Positions 35,615 to 46,530 of a stretch of DNA of 64,000 nt are shown piece after piece. Position 1 is the stretch's first letter; each line of letters opens with the position of its first letter. The notes beneath the pieces are model-generated. The model was not told the origin of the DNA. It saw only the letters and a program-made list of their open reading frames with translations, and searched no databases. Origin of the DNA: Gaiellaceae bacterium (GTDB lineage Bacteria; Actinomycetota; Thermoleophilia; Gaiellales; Gaiellaceae); the NCBI GenBank assembly GCA_045806045.1, contig JBJMKB010000087.1, forward strand, positions 12,277-76,276, written 5' to 3'. A program made the translations under genes and the position numbers.

Positions 35615-37156
35615 GTGACCGCGACGTACGCGCTGACGGGCGACGACCTCACCGCCGACGACGTCTGGGCCGTTGCCGTCGAGGGGCGCGCGCCGGCGTT
35701 GCTCTCGGACGGCGCACGCACGCAGATGCGTGCCGCACGCGACGTCGTCGAGCGGGCTGCACACGGCGCCCACGAGCACACCTACGGCGTCAACACTGGC
35801 TTCGGCCGCTTCGTCTCGAAGCAGATACCGGAGGAGCTGACAGAGGAGCTGCAGCTTCGCTTGCTCCGCTCGCACGCATGCGGTGTGGGTGACACGTACC
35901 CCGATGCGGTGGTCCGCGCGGCGATGCTGTTGCGCGCGAACGCGCTGGCCAAGGGCAACTCGGGGGCGCGCATCGAAACCGTCGAGCTGCTGCTCGACTG
36001 CCTCAACCGCGGCGTGCTGCCTTACGTGCCCGCACGAGGTTCGGTCGGTGCTTCGGGCGATCTCGCACCACTCGCACACCTCGCCCTGCCGCTCGTCGGC
36101 GAAGGCCGCGCATGGTTCGACGGCGACCTGCTCGACGGGAGCGACGCATTGACGCGAGCCGGGCTCGAACCGGTGCGCCTCCGTGCGAAGGAAGGCTTGT
36201 CTCTGATCAACGGCACGCAGTTCATGGCGGCTCAAGGCGCGCTCGCGCTCGTGCGGGCATGGCGGCTCGCGCGCGTGGCCGACTGCGTGTGCGCACTTTC
36301 GCTCGAGGCGCTGCAAGGCTCGCGTAACTCGTTCCTTCCGCAGGTGCATGCACTACGGCCGCTGCGCGGCCAGGGGGCCTCGGCTCGCAACGTCATGCGT
36401 CTGCTCGAGGGCTCCGCAATCATGGAGTCGCACCGCTGGTGCGACAAGGTGCAGGACGCCTACTCGCTCCGGTGTGCGCCCCAGGTGCACGGCGCGTCGC
36501 GCGACCTGCTCGACTACGTCGACTACACCGTCTCGACCGAGCTGAACGCGGCGACGGACAACCCGCTGGTGCTCGTGGACGACGAGATGCTCGTCTCCGC
36601 AGGCAACTTCCACGGGCAGCCGCTCGCGTTCGCGCTCGACGCGCTGGCGATGGCGGTCGCGGAGCTCGCGAACATCTCCGAGCGACGCGTCGAGCGGCTC
36701 GTCAACCCGAATCTCAGCGATGGGCTGCCGGCATTCCTCACGACCGACGGCGGCCTCAACTCCGGCTTCATGATCCCGCAGTACGTGGCTGCTGCGCTCG
36801 TCTCGGAGAACAAGTCCCTCTGCCATCCCGCCTCGGTCGACTCGATCCCGACGAGCGCGGGGCAAGAGGACCACGTGTCGATGGGCAACGCGTCGGGGCT
36901 GAAGGCGTGGCAGGTGGTGGCGAACGCGGAACGCGCGCTCGCGATCGAGTTGCTGGCCGCGGCGCAGGCCGTCGAGTTCCTCGCGCCGCTCGAGCCCGGG
37001 CGCGGGGCTGCGGCCACGCATCAGGCCGTGCGCTCGCTGTCACCGCGACTGCGTGACGACCGGCCCCTCTCGTCCGACATCGAGGCGGTGGCCGATGCGA
37101 TTCGCGACGCGTCGCTGCTGCGCGCGGTCGAGGCGGCCGTCGGGGAGCTCGAGTGA
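35615..37156 (+). CDS. hutH: histidine ammonia-lyase
   Basis: 513 aa; MIO-forming [14 protein letters not shown] motif. Confidence 0.95.
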   Translation: MTATYALTGDDLTADDVWAVAVEGRAPALLSDGARTQMRAARDVVERAAHGAHEHTYGVNTGFGRFVSKQIPEELTEELQLRLLRSHACGVGDTYPDAVVRAAMLLRANALAKGNSGARIETVELLLDCLNRGVLPYVPARGSVGASGDLAPLAHLALPLVGEGRAWFDGDLLDGSDALTRAGLEPVRLRAKEGLSLINGTQFMAAQGALALVRAWRLARVADCVCALSLEALQGSRNSFLPQVHALRPLRGQGASARNVMRLLEGSAIMESHRWCDKVQDAYSLRCAPQVHGASRDLLDYVDYTVSTELNAATDNPLVLVDDEMLVSAGNFHGQPLAFALDALAMAVAELANISERRVERLVNPNLSDGLPAFLTTDGGLNSGFMIPQYVAAALVSENKSLCHPASVDSIPTSAGQEDHVSMGNASGLKAWQVVANAERALAIELLAAAQAVEFLAPLEPGRGAAATHQAVRSLSPRLRDDRPLSSDIEAVADAIRDASLLRAVEAAVGELE

Positions 37157-37410
37157 GCCGGTCGCGCCGTCTCGACTGGGGACTTCCGGAGGCGCCGCCT
37201 CCGAAGCATCCGTATCGCGACACGCTTCTCATCTATGGGGCGTTTGCCGTCGTCATCGTGCTCGTCGCGTGGGCTACCGGCAGCGGCGTCCAGCGCGCGA
37301 TCGTGATCGCGGCCTTCTTCTACGTCGTCGCGAGCGCGTGGAGCGTCGTGCGCTGGCGTCGACGGCTCCGCCGGTCCCCCGCCGGCGACGAGCGGAAGGG
37401 GAGCCCGTGA
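37153..37410 (+). CDS. small two-TM membrane protein embedded in the hut operon
   Basis: 85 aa; GTGA overlaps at both ends (with the hutH stop and the hutU start); high GC3; helices [19 protein letters not shown] and [18 protein letters not shown]. Confidence 0.6.
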   Translation: MSRSRRLDWGLPEAPPPKHPYRDTLLIYGAFAVVIVLVAWATGSGVQRAIVIAAFFYVVASAWSVVRWRRRLRRSPAGDERKGSP

Positions 37411-39110
37411 CCGTCGCGGCGTCGAACGCCGCGCTCGTGGAGTCGCTGTGCGGGGATCTCTCGTCGATCCGCGCACCGCGCGGCACCCGGCTGAACGCGC
37501 GCTCATGGTCGACCGAGGCGCCGCTGCGCATGTTGTTGAACAATCTCGACGCAGAGGTCGCCGAGCGTCCCGAGGATCTCGTCGTCTACGGCGGGAGCGG
37601 TCGCGCGGCGCGGTCGCACGACGCGCTGAAAGCGATCGTCGGTGCGCTGCTCGAGCTCGAAGAAGACGAGACGCTGCTCGTCCAGTCGGGGAAGCCGGTG
37701 GCGGTGTTCCGCACGACCCCGCAGGCGCCGCGCGTCCTGATCGCGAACTCGTTGCTCGTCCCCAAGTGGGCGACGTGGGAGGAGTTTCGGAGGCTCGAGG
37801 CGGAGGGGCTGACGATGTTCGGCCAGATGACGGCCGGCTCGTGGATCTACATCGGCACGCAAGGGATCTTGCAGGGCACCTACCAGACGTTCGCCGCGGC
37901 CGCGCAGGAGCACTTCGGCTCGGCGACCCTGGCCGGCCGCACCATCCTCACGGCAGGCCTCGGCGGCATGGGCGGTGCACAACCGCTGGCCGGGACGATG
38001 GCCGGCGCCGCGACCCTGTGCATCGAGGTCGACCCATCGCGGATCGAGCGCCGTCTCGCGACTCGTTACCTGGACGAGGCCACCGAATCGCTGGAGGATG
38101 CCGTCGGTCGCATCCGTGCCGCGGCTTCCGACGGACGTGCACTCTCGGTCGGGCTGCTGGGGAACGCCGCCGACGTCGTGCCCGAGCTCGCGCGGCGCGG
38201 GGAGCACTTCGATCTCGTCACCGACCAGACGGCAGCTCACGATCCATTGACGGGGTACATCCCGAGCGGCCTGTCGGTCGTGGACGCGGCGGCGTTGCGC
38301 ACGTCCGACCCGGACGAGTACCTACGGCGCGCGCGGGCGTCGATCGCGGTGCACGTGGAGGCCCTGCTCGAGTACGTCCGGGGCGGCAGCTACGTTTTCG
38401 ATTATGGCAACAACCTGCGAGGTGAGGCCGAAGCAGCAGGCGTAGCGAAGGCCTTCTCATACCCGGGCTTCGTCCCGGCCTATATCCGGCCGCTCTTCTG
38501 TCGCGGCATCGGGCCGTTTCGCTGGGCAGCGCTGTCCGGGGACCCGGCCGACATCGTGACGATCGACCAGGCGCTGCGCGAGCTGTTTCCCGGCGACGAG
38601 CTCCTCCAGCGCTGGCTCGAGCTGGCTCCCGCGCGCGTTGCGTTCCAGGGCCTGCCCGCGCGGATCTGCTGGCTCGGCTTCGGGGACCGCGCCAAGGCCG
38701 GCCTCGCGATCAACGAGCTGGTCCGCTCCGGTCGCGTGCAGGCGCCGATCGTGATCGGACGCGACCACCTCGACGCGGGCTCCGTCGCCTCGCCGTACCG
38801 CGAGACGGAGGCGATGCGCGACGGCTCGGACGCGATCGCCGACTGGCCGATCCTGAACGCGCTCGTGAACGTGGCGGCGGGCGCGACGTGGGTCAGCGTC
38901 CACCACGGCGGCGGAGTCGGGATCGGCAACTCGATCCATGCCGGCATGGTCGTCGTCGCGGACGGGACCGACGAGGCCGCCGAGCGGCTCGAGCGGGTGC
39001 TGACGACCGATCCCGGCATGGGCGTCGTGCGGCATCTCGACGCGGGCTACCCCGAGGCGCAGGCAGCTGCGCGTGAGCACGGCCTGTCCACGCCGATGCA
39101 CGGCGACTGA
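37407..39110 (+). CDS. hutU: urocanate hydratase
   Basis: 567 aa from GTG 37407; [38 protein letters not shown]. Confidence 0.95.
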   Translation: MTVAASNAALVESLCGDLSSIRAPRGTRLNARSWSTEAPLRMLLNNLDAEVAERPEDLVVYGGSGRAARSHDALKAIVGALLELEEDETLLVQSGKPVAVFRTTPQAPRVLIANSLLVPKWATWEEFRRLEAEGLTMFGQMTAGSWIYIGTQGILQGTYQTFAAAAQEHFGSATLAGRTILTAGLGGMGGAQPLAGTMAGAATLCIEVDPSRIERRLATRYLDEATESLEDAVGRIRAAASDGRALSVGLLGNAADVVPELARRGEHFDLVTDQTAAHDPLTGYIPSGLSVVDAAALRTSDPDEYLRRARASIAVHVEALLEYVRGGSYVFDYGNNLRGEAEAAGVAKAFSYPGFVPAYIRPLFCRGIGPFRWAALSGDPADIVTIDQALRELFPGDELLQRWLELAPARVAFQGLPARICWLGFGDRAKAGLAINELVRSGRVQAPIVIGRDHLDAGSVASPYRETEAMRDGSDAIADWPILNALVNVAAGATWVSVHHGGGVGIGNSIHAGMVVVADGTDEAAERLERVLTTDPGMGVVRHLDAGYPEAQAAAREHGLSTPMHGD

Positions 39111-39115
39111 GCCGC

Positions 39116-40333
39116 GTGCCGGCGCTGCTCGTCCGCGACCTCGACCAGGTCGCCACGCCCGCGCCGGGGGTGGCGCCCCTGCGCGGCGAGGCGCTGCGTG
39201 CGGTGACCGTGCTCGAGGACGCCTTCGTCCTCTGCCGCGACGGAGTGATCGACGCGGTCGGGCCGATGTCGGAGCTCGGTCCGGTTGACGGCGACGTCGA
39301 GGAGCTCGATGGGCGCGGCCTCTGCGCCGTGCCGGGCCTCGTCGACTGCCACACGCATCCCGCGTTCGGCGGCGACCGTGTGGAGGAGTTCGCGCTGCGT
39401 GCGAGCGGCGCGAGCTACGAGGAGCTGCACGCGGCGGGCGGCGGCATCCTCTCGACCGTCCATGCGACACGCGCGCTCGCCGAGGACGCATTGCGCGCGC
39501 GTGTCGAGCGGCACGCGGCGTGGATGCTCGCCCACGGCACGACGACGTGGGAGGGTAAGTCGGGCTACGGTCTCGACCGCGACACGGAGCTCGCGTCGCT
39601 GCGCGCGATTCGCGCCGCCGGCGGCTCGCCGACGTGGCTCGGCGCACACGCCGTGCCGCCCGAGCATCCGGACGCCGATGCGTATCTCGAGTTCGCACTG
39701 GCCGAGGTCCTGCCCGCGGCGGCGCAGCTCGCCGACGCTGCCGACGTCTTCCTCGAACGCGGCGCCTTCGACGGGAGCCAGGCGCGCCGCTACCTCAAGG
39801 CGTGCCGAGCCGCCGGTCTGGAGCTGCGCCTGCACGGCGACCAGTTCACCGAGATCGCCGCCGTCCCGCTGGCCGTCGAGCTCGGGGCGCGCTCGGTCGA
39901 CCACCTCGAGGCGACGGGGCGCGGCGGGATCGCAACGCTGGCGGCCTCCGACGTCGTCGGCGTCCTGCTCCCCGCGAGCGCCCTCTTCCTCGACCGGCCG
40001 ATGCCGGCGGGTCGGGCGCTCGTCGATGCCGGTGCGGCGGTCGCCCTCGCGACCGACTTCAACCCGGGGAGCTCGTTCACCACGAGCCTCCCGCTCGTCT
40101 GCTCGCTCGCCTGCACGCAGCTGCACCTGTCACCGGCCGAGGCCCTCGCCGCCGTCACGGTCAACGCCGCGCACGTCCTCGGACTCGCACACGAGCGCGG
40201 TCGGATCGCTCCGGGGCTGCGCGCCGACCTGCTGCTTCTCGACGCACCCGACTGGCGCTATCTCGCCTACCACCTCGGCGGCGACATCGTCTCGGCAGTC
40301 GTCCGCAGCGGGACGATCGCGTACCGGCGCTAA
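39116..40333 (+). CDS. hutI: imidazolonepropionase
   Basis: 405 aa; amidohydrolase VDCHTHPAFGG, family sequence throughout. Confidence 0.9.
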   Translation: MPALLVRDLDQVATPAPGVAPLRGEALRAVTVLEDAFVLCRDGVIDAVGPMSELGPVDGDVEELDGRGLCAVPGLVDCHTHPAFGGDRVEEFALRASGASYEELHAAGGGILSTVHATRALAEDALRARVERHAAWMLAHGTTTWEGKSGYGLDRDTELASLRAIRAAGGSPTWLGAHAVPPEHPDADAYLEFALAEVLPAAAQLADAADVFLERGAFDGSQARRYLKACRAAGLELRLHGDQFTEIAAVPLAVELGARSVDHLEATGRGGIATLAASDVVGVLLPASALFLDRPMPAGRALVDAGAAVALATDFNPGSSFTTSLPLVCSLACTQLHLSPAEALAAVTVNAAHVLGLAHERGRIAPGLRADLLLLDAPDWRYLAYHLGGDIVSAVVRSGTIAYRR

Positions 40334-40343
40334 CCTGGACGCG

Positions 40344-40754
40344 ATGCCGACCCGCAAGCAGCGCCGCCGCCGCGAGAAAGACTTCCGTCACGACGTCCGC
40401 GTGTTCGAGGTCGACGAGGAGGGCAACGAGGTTGCGCTGGCCGAGCTGCGCACCCCCGAGGAGCGCGGGTCGAAGACGAAGCAGCAAGGCAAGCCGGTGC
40501 GGAACGCGCGGGGGCGCGCGATCCGGGTTCCGCCCGAGCCGTCGTGGCACCGCGCGTTGCGCCGCGGCGGCGTCATGGGCGCCGTGATGCTGTTCGCGTT
40601 CCTGTTCCTGTTCAAGAGCGCGCCGCTCGGACTCCGGATCGCGTGGGGAGCGTTCTACGCCGCGGCTTTCATCCCCCTCACCTACTGGATCGATCGCACC
40701 GCCTATCGCACTTACCAGCGCCGGGTCGCGCGGCAGTCCGACAAGAAGTCCTAG
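40344..40754 (+). CDS. hypothetical membrane protein (136 aa)
   Basis: ATG 40344; basic N-terminus MPTRKQRRRREKDF, two TM helices; remainder of ORF 39285..40754 is shadow of hutI. Confidence 0.55.
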   Translation: MPTRKQRRRREKDFRHDVRVFEVDEEGNEVALAELRTPEERGSKTKQQGKPVRNARGRAIRVPPEPSWHRALRRGGVMGAVMLFAFLFLFKSAPLGLRIAWGAFYAAAFIPLTYWIDRTAYRTYQRRVARQSDKKS

Positions 40755-41125
40755 CCGGTCGCAGGCGTGTTGCCGCGGTAGTGGCCTTCGCCGGGCCACG
40801 GCGCGAGCAGCATCAGGATCCGCGCGCCGCCTTCGCTCGAGAGCGCGTGGCGCTCGTCGGGGACGAAGTGCACGAGCGTGCCTGCGCCGGCGTCCGACTC
40901 GTCGCCCTCGGCCGAGATTCGCACCGTGCCGTCCAGGACGACGACCCACGCGTTCTCCTTGACTTGGTGATCGCGGAGCGATTGTCCCGGCTGCAGCACG
41001 ACGAGCACCGCGCGCGCGCCGTCGTCCGAGTGGAGCACGATCGGATCGCGCGTCCCGTCCGGTGCATCGAGTCGAAGAAGATCCCAGCGCTGCACGGCAA
41101 GTGGCGTTTCCAGCCGCTTATACAC
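40751..41125 (-). CDS. cupin-domain protein
   Basis: 124 aa; small beta-barrel pattern with His/Glu ligands (LRDHQVKENAWVVVLDG ... HFVPDERHAL). Confidence 0.6.
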   Translation of the reverse strand: MYKRLETPLAVQRWDLLRLDAPDGTRDPIVLHSDDGARAVLVVLQPGQSLRDHQVKENAWVVVLDGTVRISAEGDESDAGAGTLVHFVPDERHALSSEGGARILMLLAPWPGEGHYRGNTPATG

Positions 41126-41136
41126 TCAAACGCCCG

Positions 41137-41772
41137 ATGCCGCTTGCCGTCGACACCTTCGTCATGAGCCCGTTCCAGAGCAACTGCTACGTCGTGCGCA
41201 GCGAACGCGGCGCGCCCGACGCGGCCGTGGTCGATCCGGGCGGCGACACGACGGCGCTGCGTCTCGAGGTTGCGCGCATGCGGACGAAGCCGGCCGGGAT
41301 CCTCGTCACACACACGGACATCGACCACATCGCCGGTGTCGCGTCGCTTGCCGACGGCACGGGCGCCGAGGTGTGGGCACCCGCCGGCGAGGTCGACGCG
41401 CTACGCACCGGTGAGACGCGCAGCGGGCGCGTCGCGCCGCACGATCCCGCGCACACCGTCTCCGGCGGTGACGAGATCACCGTCGCAGGCATTTCGTTCG
41501 AAGTGATCGACGTTCCCGGGCACTCTGCAGGCCACGTCGCGTTCCACCACGACGGTGAGCTCTTCTCGGGCGACCTGCTGTTCGGCGGATCGATCGGGCG
41601 TTACGATCTGGAGGGCGGCGACTGGGAGACGCTCGTCGCATCGCTTCGCGCACTCGTCGCGCGCTTTCCGCCGGAGACCGTCGTGTACCCGGGTCACGGG
41701 TCGCCGACGACGCTCGGACGCGAGCTGCAGTCGAATCCGTTTCTGCGCGAGCTGCGGACCGAGAGCGCGTGA
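41137..41772 (+). CDS. MBL-fold metallo-hydrolase (glyoxalase II-like)
   Basis: THTDIDHIAG (HxHxDH) and downstream PGHSAGH; ATG 41137. Confidence 0.8.
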   Translation: MPLAVDTFVMSPFQSNCYVVRSERGAPDAAVVDPGGDTTALRLEVARMRTKPAGILVTHTDIDHIAGVASLADGTGAEVWAPAGEVDALRTGETRSGRVAPHDPAHTVSGGDEITVAGISFEVIDVPGHSAGHVAFHHDGELFSGDLLFGGSIGRYDLEGGDWETLVASLRALVARFPPETVVYPGHGSPTTLGRELQSNPFLRELRTESA

Positions 41773-43010
41773 GCGAGAAGTTCCAGGCACCCCGCGGCAC
41801 ACACGATGTGCTGCCGTCCGAGCAGCCGCGCTGGCAGCTCATCGTCGGCACGCTCGCCGAGGTCGCGGAGCTGTACGGCTACCGGCGTATCCAGACGCCG
41901 AACTTCGAGGACACCGAAGTCTTCGCGCGCACGTCAGGCGCGGGATCGGACGTCGTGCAGAAGGAGATGTACACCTTCGAGGACCGCGGCGGCCGGTCGC
42001 TCACGCTGAAGCCGGAAGGGACGGCGCCGCTCGCGCGTGCGTACATCGAACACGGGCTCCATCGTGAGGCGCAGCCGGTGAAGCTGTACACCGTCGCGCC
42101 GATGTACCGCTACGAGGCTCCGCAGAGGGGCCGCTACCGCGAGCACTGGCAGGTCTCGGTCGAGGCGTTCGGCTCGGAGGATCCCGCGCTCGACGCCGAG
42201 GTGATCGACCTCTACAGCGAGTTCGCGCGTCGCGTCGGCATCACCGACTACGTCCTCCAGCTGAACTCGATCGGCGATCAGAACTGCCGCCCTGCATACC
42301 TCGCGCAGCTGAATGCGTGGCTCGACGAGCACGCAGACGCCCTCGACGAGGACGCGCGGCAGAAGCGCATCCGCAGCCCTCTCCGCGTCTTCGACGTCAA
42401 GAACGAACGCGTGCGAGAGGCGTTGAAGGCGGCGCCGAAGATCGCCGACCACCTGTGCGACGCGTGCGCCGCGCATTTCGCGGAGGTGCGGCGTGTGCTC
42501 GACACGCTCGGGATCTCATACGAGCTCGAGCCGACGCTTGTCCGCGGTCTCGACTACTACACGCGCACCGTCTTCGAGTTCATCAACCCGAAGGAGAAGG
42601 CACAGCCGCAGATCTCGTCTGGCGGCCGCTACGACGGCCTGATCGAGCAGCTCGGCGGGCCGCCGACGCCGGGCGTCGGCTTCGGGGCGGGAATCGAACG
42701 AGCGCTGATCGCGCTCGAGGCCGAGAACCGGACGGTCGAGCAGCCGCGGCTCGACGTGTTCTTCGTGCTCGGCGAGGGTGCGCCGCGCGAGCGTGTGCTG
42801 AAGCTGCTCCACGACGTCCGCCGGGCGGGGCTCTCGGCGGACACAGACTACGCCGGCCGGTCGTTCAAGGGGCAGATGACACAGGCTGGACGGACCGGCG
42901 CGCGAACCGTCGTGATCGTGCGGGGCGAGGAAGCGACGCTTCGACGGGACGGACGCGACGAGCAGGCGGTCGCGCTCGACCAGGTGGTGGCTACCCTCAC
43001 CGCTCGATGA
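41769..43010 (+). CDS. hisS: histidine--tRNA ligase
   Basis: 413 aa; FQAPRGTHDVLP N-terminus, class II motifs; GTGA overlap with the upstream gene. Confidence 0.95.
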   Translation: MSEKFQAPRGTHDVLPSEQPRWQLIVGTLAEVAELYGYRRIQTPNFEDTEVFARTSGAGSDVVQKEMYTFEDRGGRSLTLKPEGTAPLARAYIEHGLHREAQPVKLYTVAPMYRYEAPQRGRYREHWQVSVEAFGSEDPALDAEVIDLYSEFARRVGITDYVLQLNSIGDQNCRPAYLAQLNAWLDEHADALDEDARQKRIRSPLRVFDVKNERVREALKAAPKIADHLCDACAAHFAEVRRVLDTLGISYELEPTLVRGLDYYTRTVFEFINPKEKAQPQISSGGRYDGLIEQLGGPPTPGVGFGAGIERALIALEAENRTVEQPRLDVFFVLGEGAPRERVLKLLHDVRRAGLSADTDYAGRSFKGQMTQAGRTGARTVVIVRGEEATLRRDGRDEQAVALDQVVATLTAR

Positions 43011-44758
43011 GCTGGCGCGATCTCTACTGCGGCGAGCTGCGAAGCGAGCACATCGGCACGCGCGTGACCGTCGCGGGCTGGGCCGACACGCGCCGCGACC
43101 ACGGTGGGCTCGTGTTCGTCGACCTGCGCGACCACACGGGCAAGCTCCAGCTCGTCGTGAACCCCGAGCGGGCGGCCGACGCAGCCAATGCGGCGCACGA
43201 GATTCGCAACGAGTTCGTGCTGCAGGCGGAGGGCGAGGTCGTTGCGCGCGCACCCGACGCGGTCAACCCGAACCTTCCGACCGGGGAGGTCGAGATCCAG
43301 GTCGACACGCTGCGCATCCTCTCGCGCTCCACGCCGCTCCCGTTCCAGCTCGACGAGGAGAACGTCGACGAGACCCTTCGGCTCAAGTACCGCTGGCTCG
43401 ACATGCGCCGCGACCGGATGCAGCGCAACCTGCGTCTCTCGCACACGGTGATCGCGGCGATCCGCCGCCGGATGGACGAGCTCGGGTTCATCGACGTGTG
43501 GACGCCGAGCATGACGCGCGGCACGCCCGAGGGCGCGCGCGACTTTCTCGTCCCCGTGCGGCTGCAGCCGGGGAGGTTCTTCGCGCTCGCGCAGTCGCCG
43601 CAGCTGTTCAAGCAACTCTGCATGGTCGGCGAGGTCGATCGCTACTACCAGATCGCGACGTGCTGGCGCGACGAGGACCTGCGCGCGGACCGGCAGTTCG
43701 AGTTCCGTCAGCTCGACCTCGAGATGGCGTTCGTCGAGCGCGAGGATGTCCTCGACGTGATGGAGCAGGCAGTCGTCGCGTCGTTCGAGGCGCTCGGCCG
43801 CGAGCCGCCGCAGCGCCCGTTCCCGCGTCTCGGTTACGACGAGGCGATCGCGAAGTACGGCACGGACAAGCCCGACCTGCGATTCGCCATGGAGATCCAG
43901 GACGCAACCGAACTGACGCGCGATTCCGAGTTCGGCGTCTTCAAGAACGCGCCGGTCGTGCGTTACGTCGTCGCGCCGAAGGCGTTCTCGCGCGCCGAGC
44001 TGCAGCGGCTAGAGGAGATCGCGAAGGAGTGGGGCGCGAAGGGCCTTGCATACATCGTCGTCGACGAGAGCGGCGAAGTGCGCTCGCCAATCGCGAAGTT
44101 TCTCTCTGCGCGCGAGCTCGACGCGTTCAAGGCCGAGCCGGGATCGACCCTCCTCTTCGGCGCCGGCGACGCAGCGACGGTCGCGCGTGTCCTGGGCGGG
44201 CTGCGCATCCACCTTGGCCGCGAGCTCGGCCTCACCGACAGCGGCGGAGACGTGTTCCATTGGGTGATCGACTTCCCGCTCTTCGAGCAGGACGAGGAGA
44301 GCGGGCGGTGGACCTTCCTTCACCATCCGTTCACCGCTCCCATGCCCGGTCAGGAGGAGTGGGACGAGGCGGATCCGCACGACGTGCGCGGCCAGCACTA
44401 CGACCTCGTGTGGAACGGCTGGGAGCTGGGGTCCGGCTCGATCCGGATCCACGACGTCGAGGTGCAGAAGCGCGTCTTTCGGACGATGGGTCTCTCCGAG
44501 GAGGAGGCGACGTCGAAGTTCGGCTTCCTGCTCGAGGCGCTCGCCATGGGCGCGCCGCCGCACGGCGGCTTCGCGATGGGCATCGAGCGCTTCGTCGCGC
44601 TGATGGCCGGCGAGCCGGACATTCGCCAGGTGATCGCCTTTCCCAAAGTGTCGAGCGGCTCCGATCCGCTCACCGGCGCGCCGACGCCGATGCCCGCCGA
44701 TGTGCTCCGCGAGCTCGGCATCCAGGCGCTGCCGCAAGACGGCTCAAGCCGCGCCTGA
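43007..44758 (+). CDS. aspS: aspartate--tRNA ligase
   Basis: 583 aa from ATG 43007 (ATGA overlap with hisS); OB-fold N-domain, FRDEDLRADRQ-type motif 2 (CWRDEDLRADRQFEFRQLD). Confidence 0.95.
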   Translation: MSWRDLYCGELRSEHIGTRVTVAGWADTRRDHGGLVFVDLRDHTGKLQLVVNPERAADAANAAHEIRNEFVLQAEGEVVARAPDAVNPNLPTGEVEIQVDTLRILSRSTPLPFQLDEENVDETLRLKYRWLDMRRDRMQRNLRLSHTVIAAIRRRMDELGFIDVWTPSMTRGTPEGARDFLVPVRLQPGRFFALAQSPQLFKQLCMVGEVDRYYQIATCWRDEDLRADRQFEFRQLDLEMAFVEREDVLDVMEQAVVASFEALGREPPQRPFPRLGYDEAIAKYGTDKPDLRFAMEIQDATELTRDSEFGVFKNAPVVRYVVAPKAFSRAELQRLEEIAKEWGAKGLAYIVVDESGEVRSPIAKFLSARELDAFKAEPGSTLLFGAGDAATVARVLGGLRIHLGRELGLTDSGGDVFHWVIDFPLFEQDEESGRWTFLHHPFTAPMPGQEEWDEADPHDVRGQHYDLVWNGWELGSGSIRIHDVEVQKRVFRTMGLSEEEATSKFGFLLEALAMGAPPHGGFAMGIERFVALMAGEPDIRQVIAFPKVSSGSDPLTGAPTPMPADVLRELGIQALPQDGSSRA

Positions 44759-44785
44759 GTCCGGCCGAAGGAAGAGGCATACTTC

Positions 44786-45802
44786 GTGTCCCGGCGAACA
44801 CGGGATCAAGTCGTTGCTGCCATGACAAGCCCTTCACCACAACAGCCTTCGCTCACCTCGCTTCCGCGGCTCGAGGACCTGCCGCAGACCGAGGACGGCC
44901 GCTTCGAGCCCGAGGGTGTTCGCGATGCCTTCGACTCCTTCCGCCGCCACTCCCTGCAGCTGCAGGCGCAACTTCGCGTGCTGCAGGCGGCCGGCAAGAC
45001 CGCGAGCGTCGACCCGACCGGTCACGCCGTTCGGATGGACGCGCTGCACCTGATTCGCGCCGCGGCTGAGTTCGCCGACGCGCTCGAGCGCGACGCCCAG
45101 ACCGCCTCGGCCGCCCAGCTCGGCCGCACCGAGGTCGAGGTCACGCGGCGCCACCGCGAGCTGCAGGAGAAGGAGCGCCACGTCGAGCGCTTCCGCGACG
45201 ACAGCGACCGCCAGCGGAATGAGATCCTGAATGCCGCGAAGAGCGAAGCGCGCGAGCTGCTCGCGAACGCGAACCGCGATGCCACCGCCGCGATGAACGA
45301 GGCGGAGGCTCGCGGCGCCCGGCTGCTCGAGCAGTCCCGTCACCAGGCGACCGAGCTCACGAACGCCGCGCGTGCCGAGGTCGAGCAGACGCTCGAGTGG
45401 GCCCGCGCGCAAGCCGGCGCGATCCTCGCGCGCGCCCAGCACGGCGCGGAGCAGCTGTTGACGGCCGCCGGTCTCGGCGCCGAGGCACTCGGTGAGGTCT
45501 CCGATGCGATCGTGACGGCCGCCAAGGCATCCGCCGAGGCGAGCCGCGGTCGCGGGTCCGCAGCCGCCGCCCCGTCGCGCATCGCCGCGGCGCCGGAGCC
45601 GGAGGCCGCGCCCGAGCAGGCGGCCCCGGACCTGGAGGAAGAGGTTGAGGCCGAAGCCGAGGTTGAGGCGGACGCCGGGGCCGAGCACGAGGCCGAACCG
45701 CCTGCGCCGCCCTTGAGCGCTCCGCCGGTCAGCAGCCCGTCCGTCACGCCCGAACCGCCCTCCTCGGCCGCGCCCGAGCAGGGCGACGACGCCTCCATCT
45801 AA
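44786..45802 (+). CDS. coiled-coil protein with acidic Pro/Glu-rich tail
   Basis: 338 aa; SD GGAAGAGG upstream; long heptad-like Ala/Glu/Arg region, then EEEVEAEAEVEADAGAEHEAEPPAPP tail. Confidence 0.6.
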   Translation: MSRRTRDQVVAAMTSPSPQQPSLTSLPRLEDLPQTEDGRFEPEGVRDAFDSFRRHSLQLQAQLRVLQAAGKTASVDPTGHAVRMDALHLIRAAAEFADALERDAQTASAAQLGRTEVEVTRRHRELQEKERHVERFRDDSDRQRNEILNAAKSEARELLANANRDATAAMNEAEARGARLLEQSRHQATELTNAARAEVEQTLEWARAQAGAILARAQHGAEQLLTAAGLGAEALGEVSDAIVTAAKASAEASRGRGSAAAAPSRIAAAPEPEAAPEQAAPDLEEEVEAEAEVEADAGAEHEAEPPAPPLSAPPVSSPSVTPEPPSSAAPEQGDDASI

Positions 45803-45816
45803 CCGAAGAGGACTCC

Positions 45817-46527
45817 ATGTCAGACCGTCGCGGGTCGCGGTTCGTCCTCGAGGTTCTCTTTCTCCTCGCGCTTGCCGTTGCGCTGACGCTGACGGACCTC
45901 CGTCCTGTCGAGATCGCCGGCGTGATGCTCGTCGGCTGGGTCGTCGTCGCGCTGTTCGAGTGGGCCGCGTGGCGCGACGAACCGCACTACGGAAGCGGCT
46001 TGCCGCCGCGCTACTACGTGCCGCAGGTCAGCCTGCCTCCCGCGCAGCCGCTCGAGCAGGTCGCCGCCGGCTATCCGGAGGCCCGCGACGAAGCTCCGAC
46101 GTGGATCGCCTCCGCGGCTCTCCGCGAGGAGATGCTCGGCGACTGGCCGATCGCGGCGCCCGCGGAGCCTCCCGTCTCCCCGCCGCAGCCCCCCTCGATG
46201 CCTACCCCGGAGCCGGACCCGGTCGGCGACCCCGACCCGTGGACGATCCAGGAGCTCCCGGCCGCGCCGCTCGGGGAGCTCGAGCCCGACGATGCCGCCG
46301 CTCCGGAGCCCCAGGAGGTGGCGGACGCGGAGCCGCAGCCCGTGCTCGAGGTCGTGCTGACGCAGTCGGTCCATGCGATCGCCCGCTACTCGCTCGACCC
46401 GCTTGCCGAACCCGCACCGCGCAGGCGCTTCGGTCGCGGCACGATCGTCGAGGCGCCTGCCGTGGAGGTGCCGTCGCGGCCTCAGGGCCCGCGCCCGCTC
46501 CCCGGCCGGCCGAACCGGCAGGATTAG
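45817..46527 (+). CDS. two-TM membrane protein with proline-rich tail
   Basis: 236 aa; SD GAAGAGGA upstream; N-terminus RFVLEVLFLLALAVALTL ... VMLVGWVVVALFEW, then PPQPPSMPTPEPDP. Confidence 0.6.
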   Translation: MSDRRGSRFVLEVLFLLALAVALTLTDLRPVEIAGVMLVGWVVVALFEWAAWRDEPHYGSGLPPRYYVPQVSLPPAQPLEQVAAGYPEARDEAPTWIASAALREEMLGDWPIAAPAEPPVSPPQPPSMPTPEPDPVGDPDPWTIQELPAAPLGELEPDDAAAPEPQEVADAEPQPVLEVVLTQSVHAIARYSLDPLAEPAPRRRFGRGTIVEAPAVEVPSRPQGPRPLPGRPNRQD

Positions 46528-46530
46528 CGC

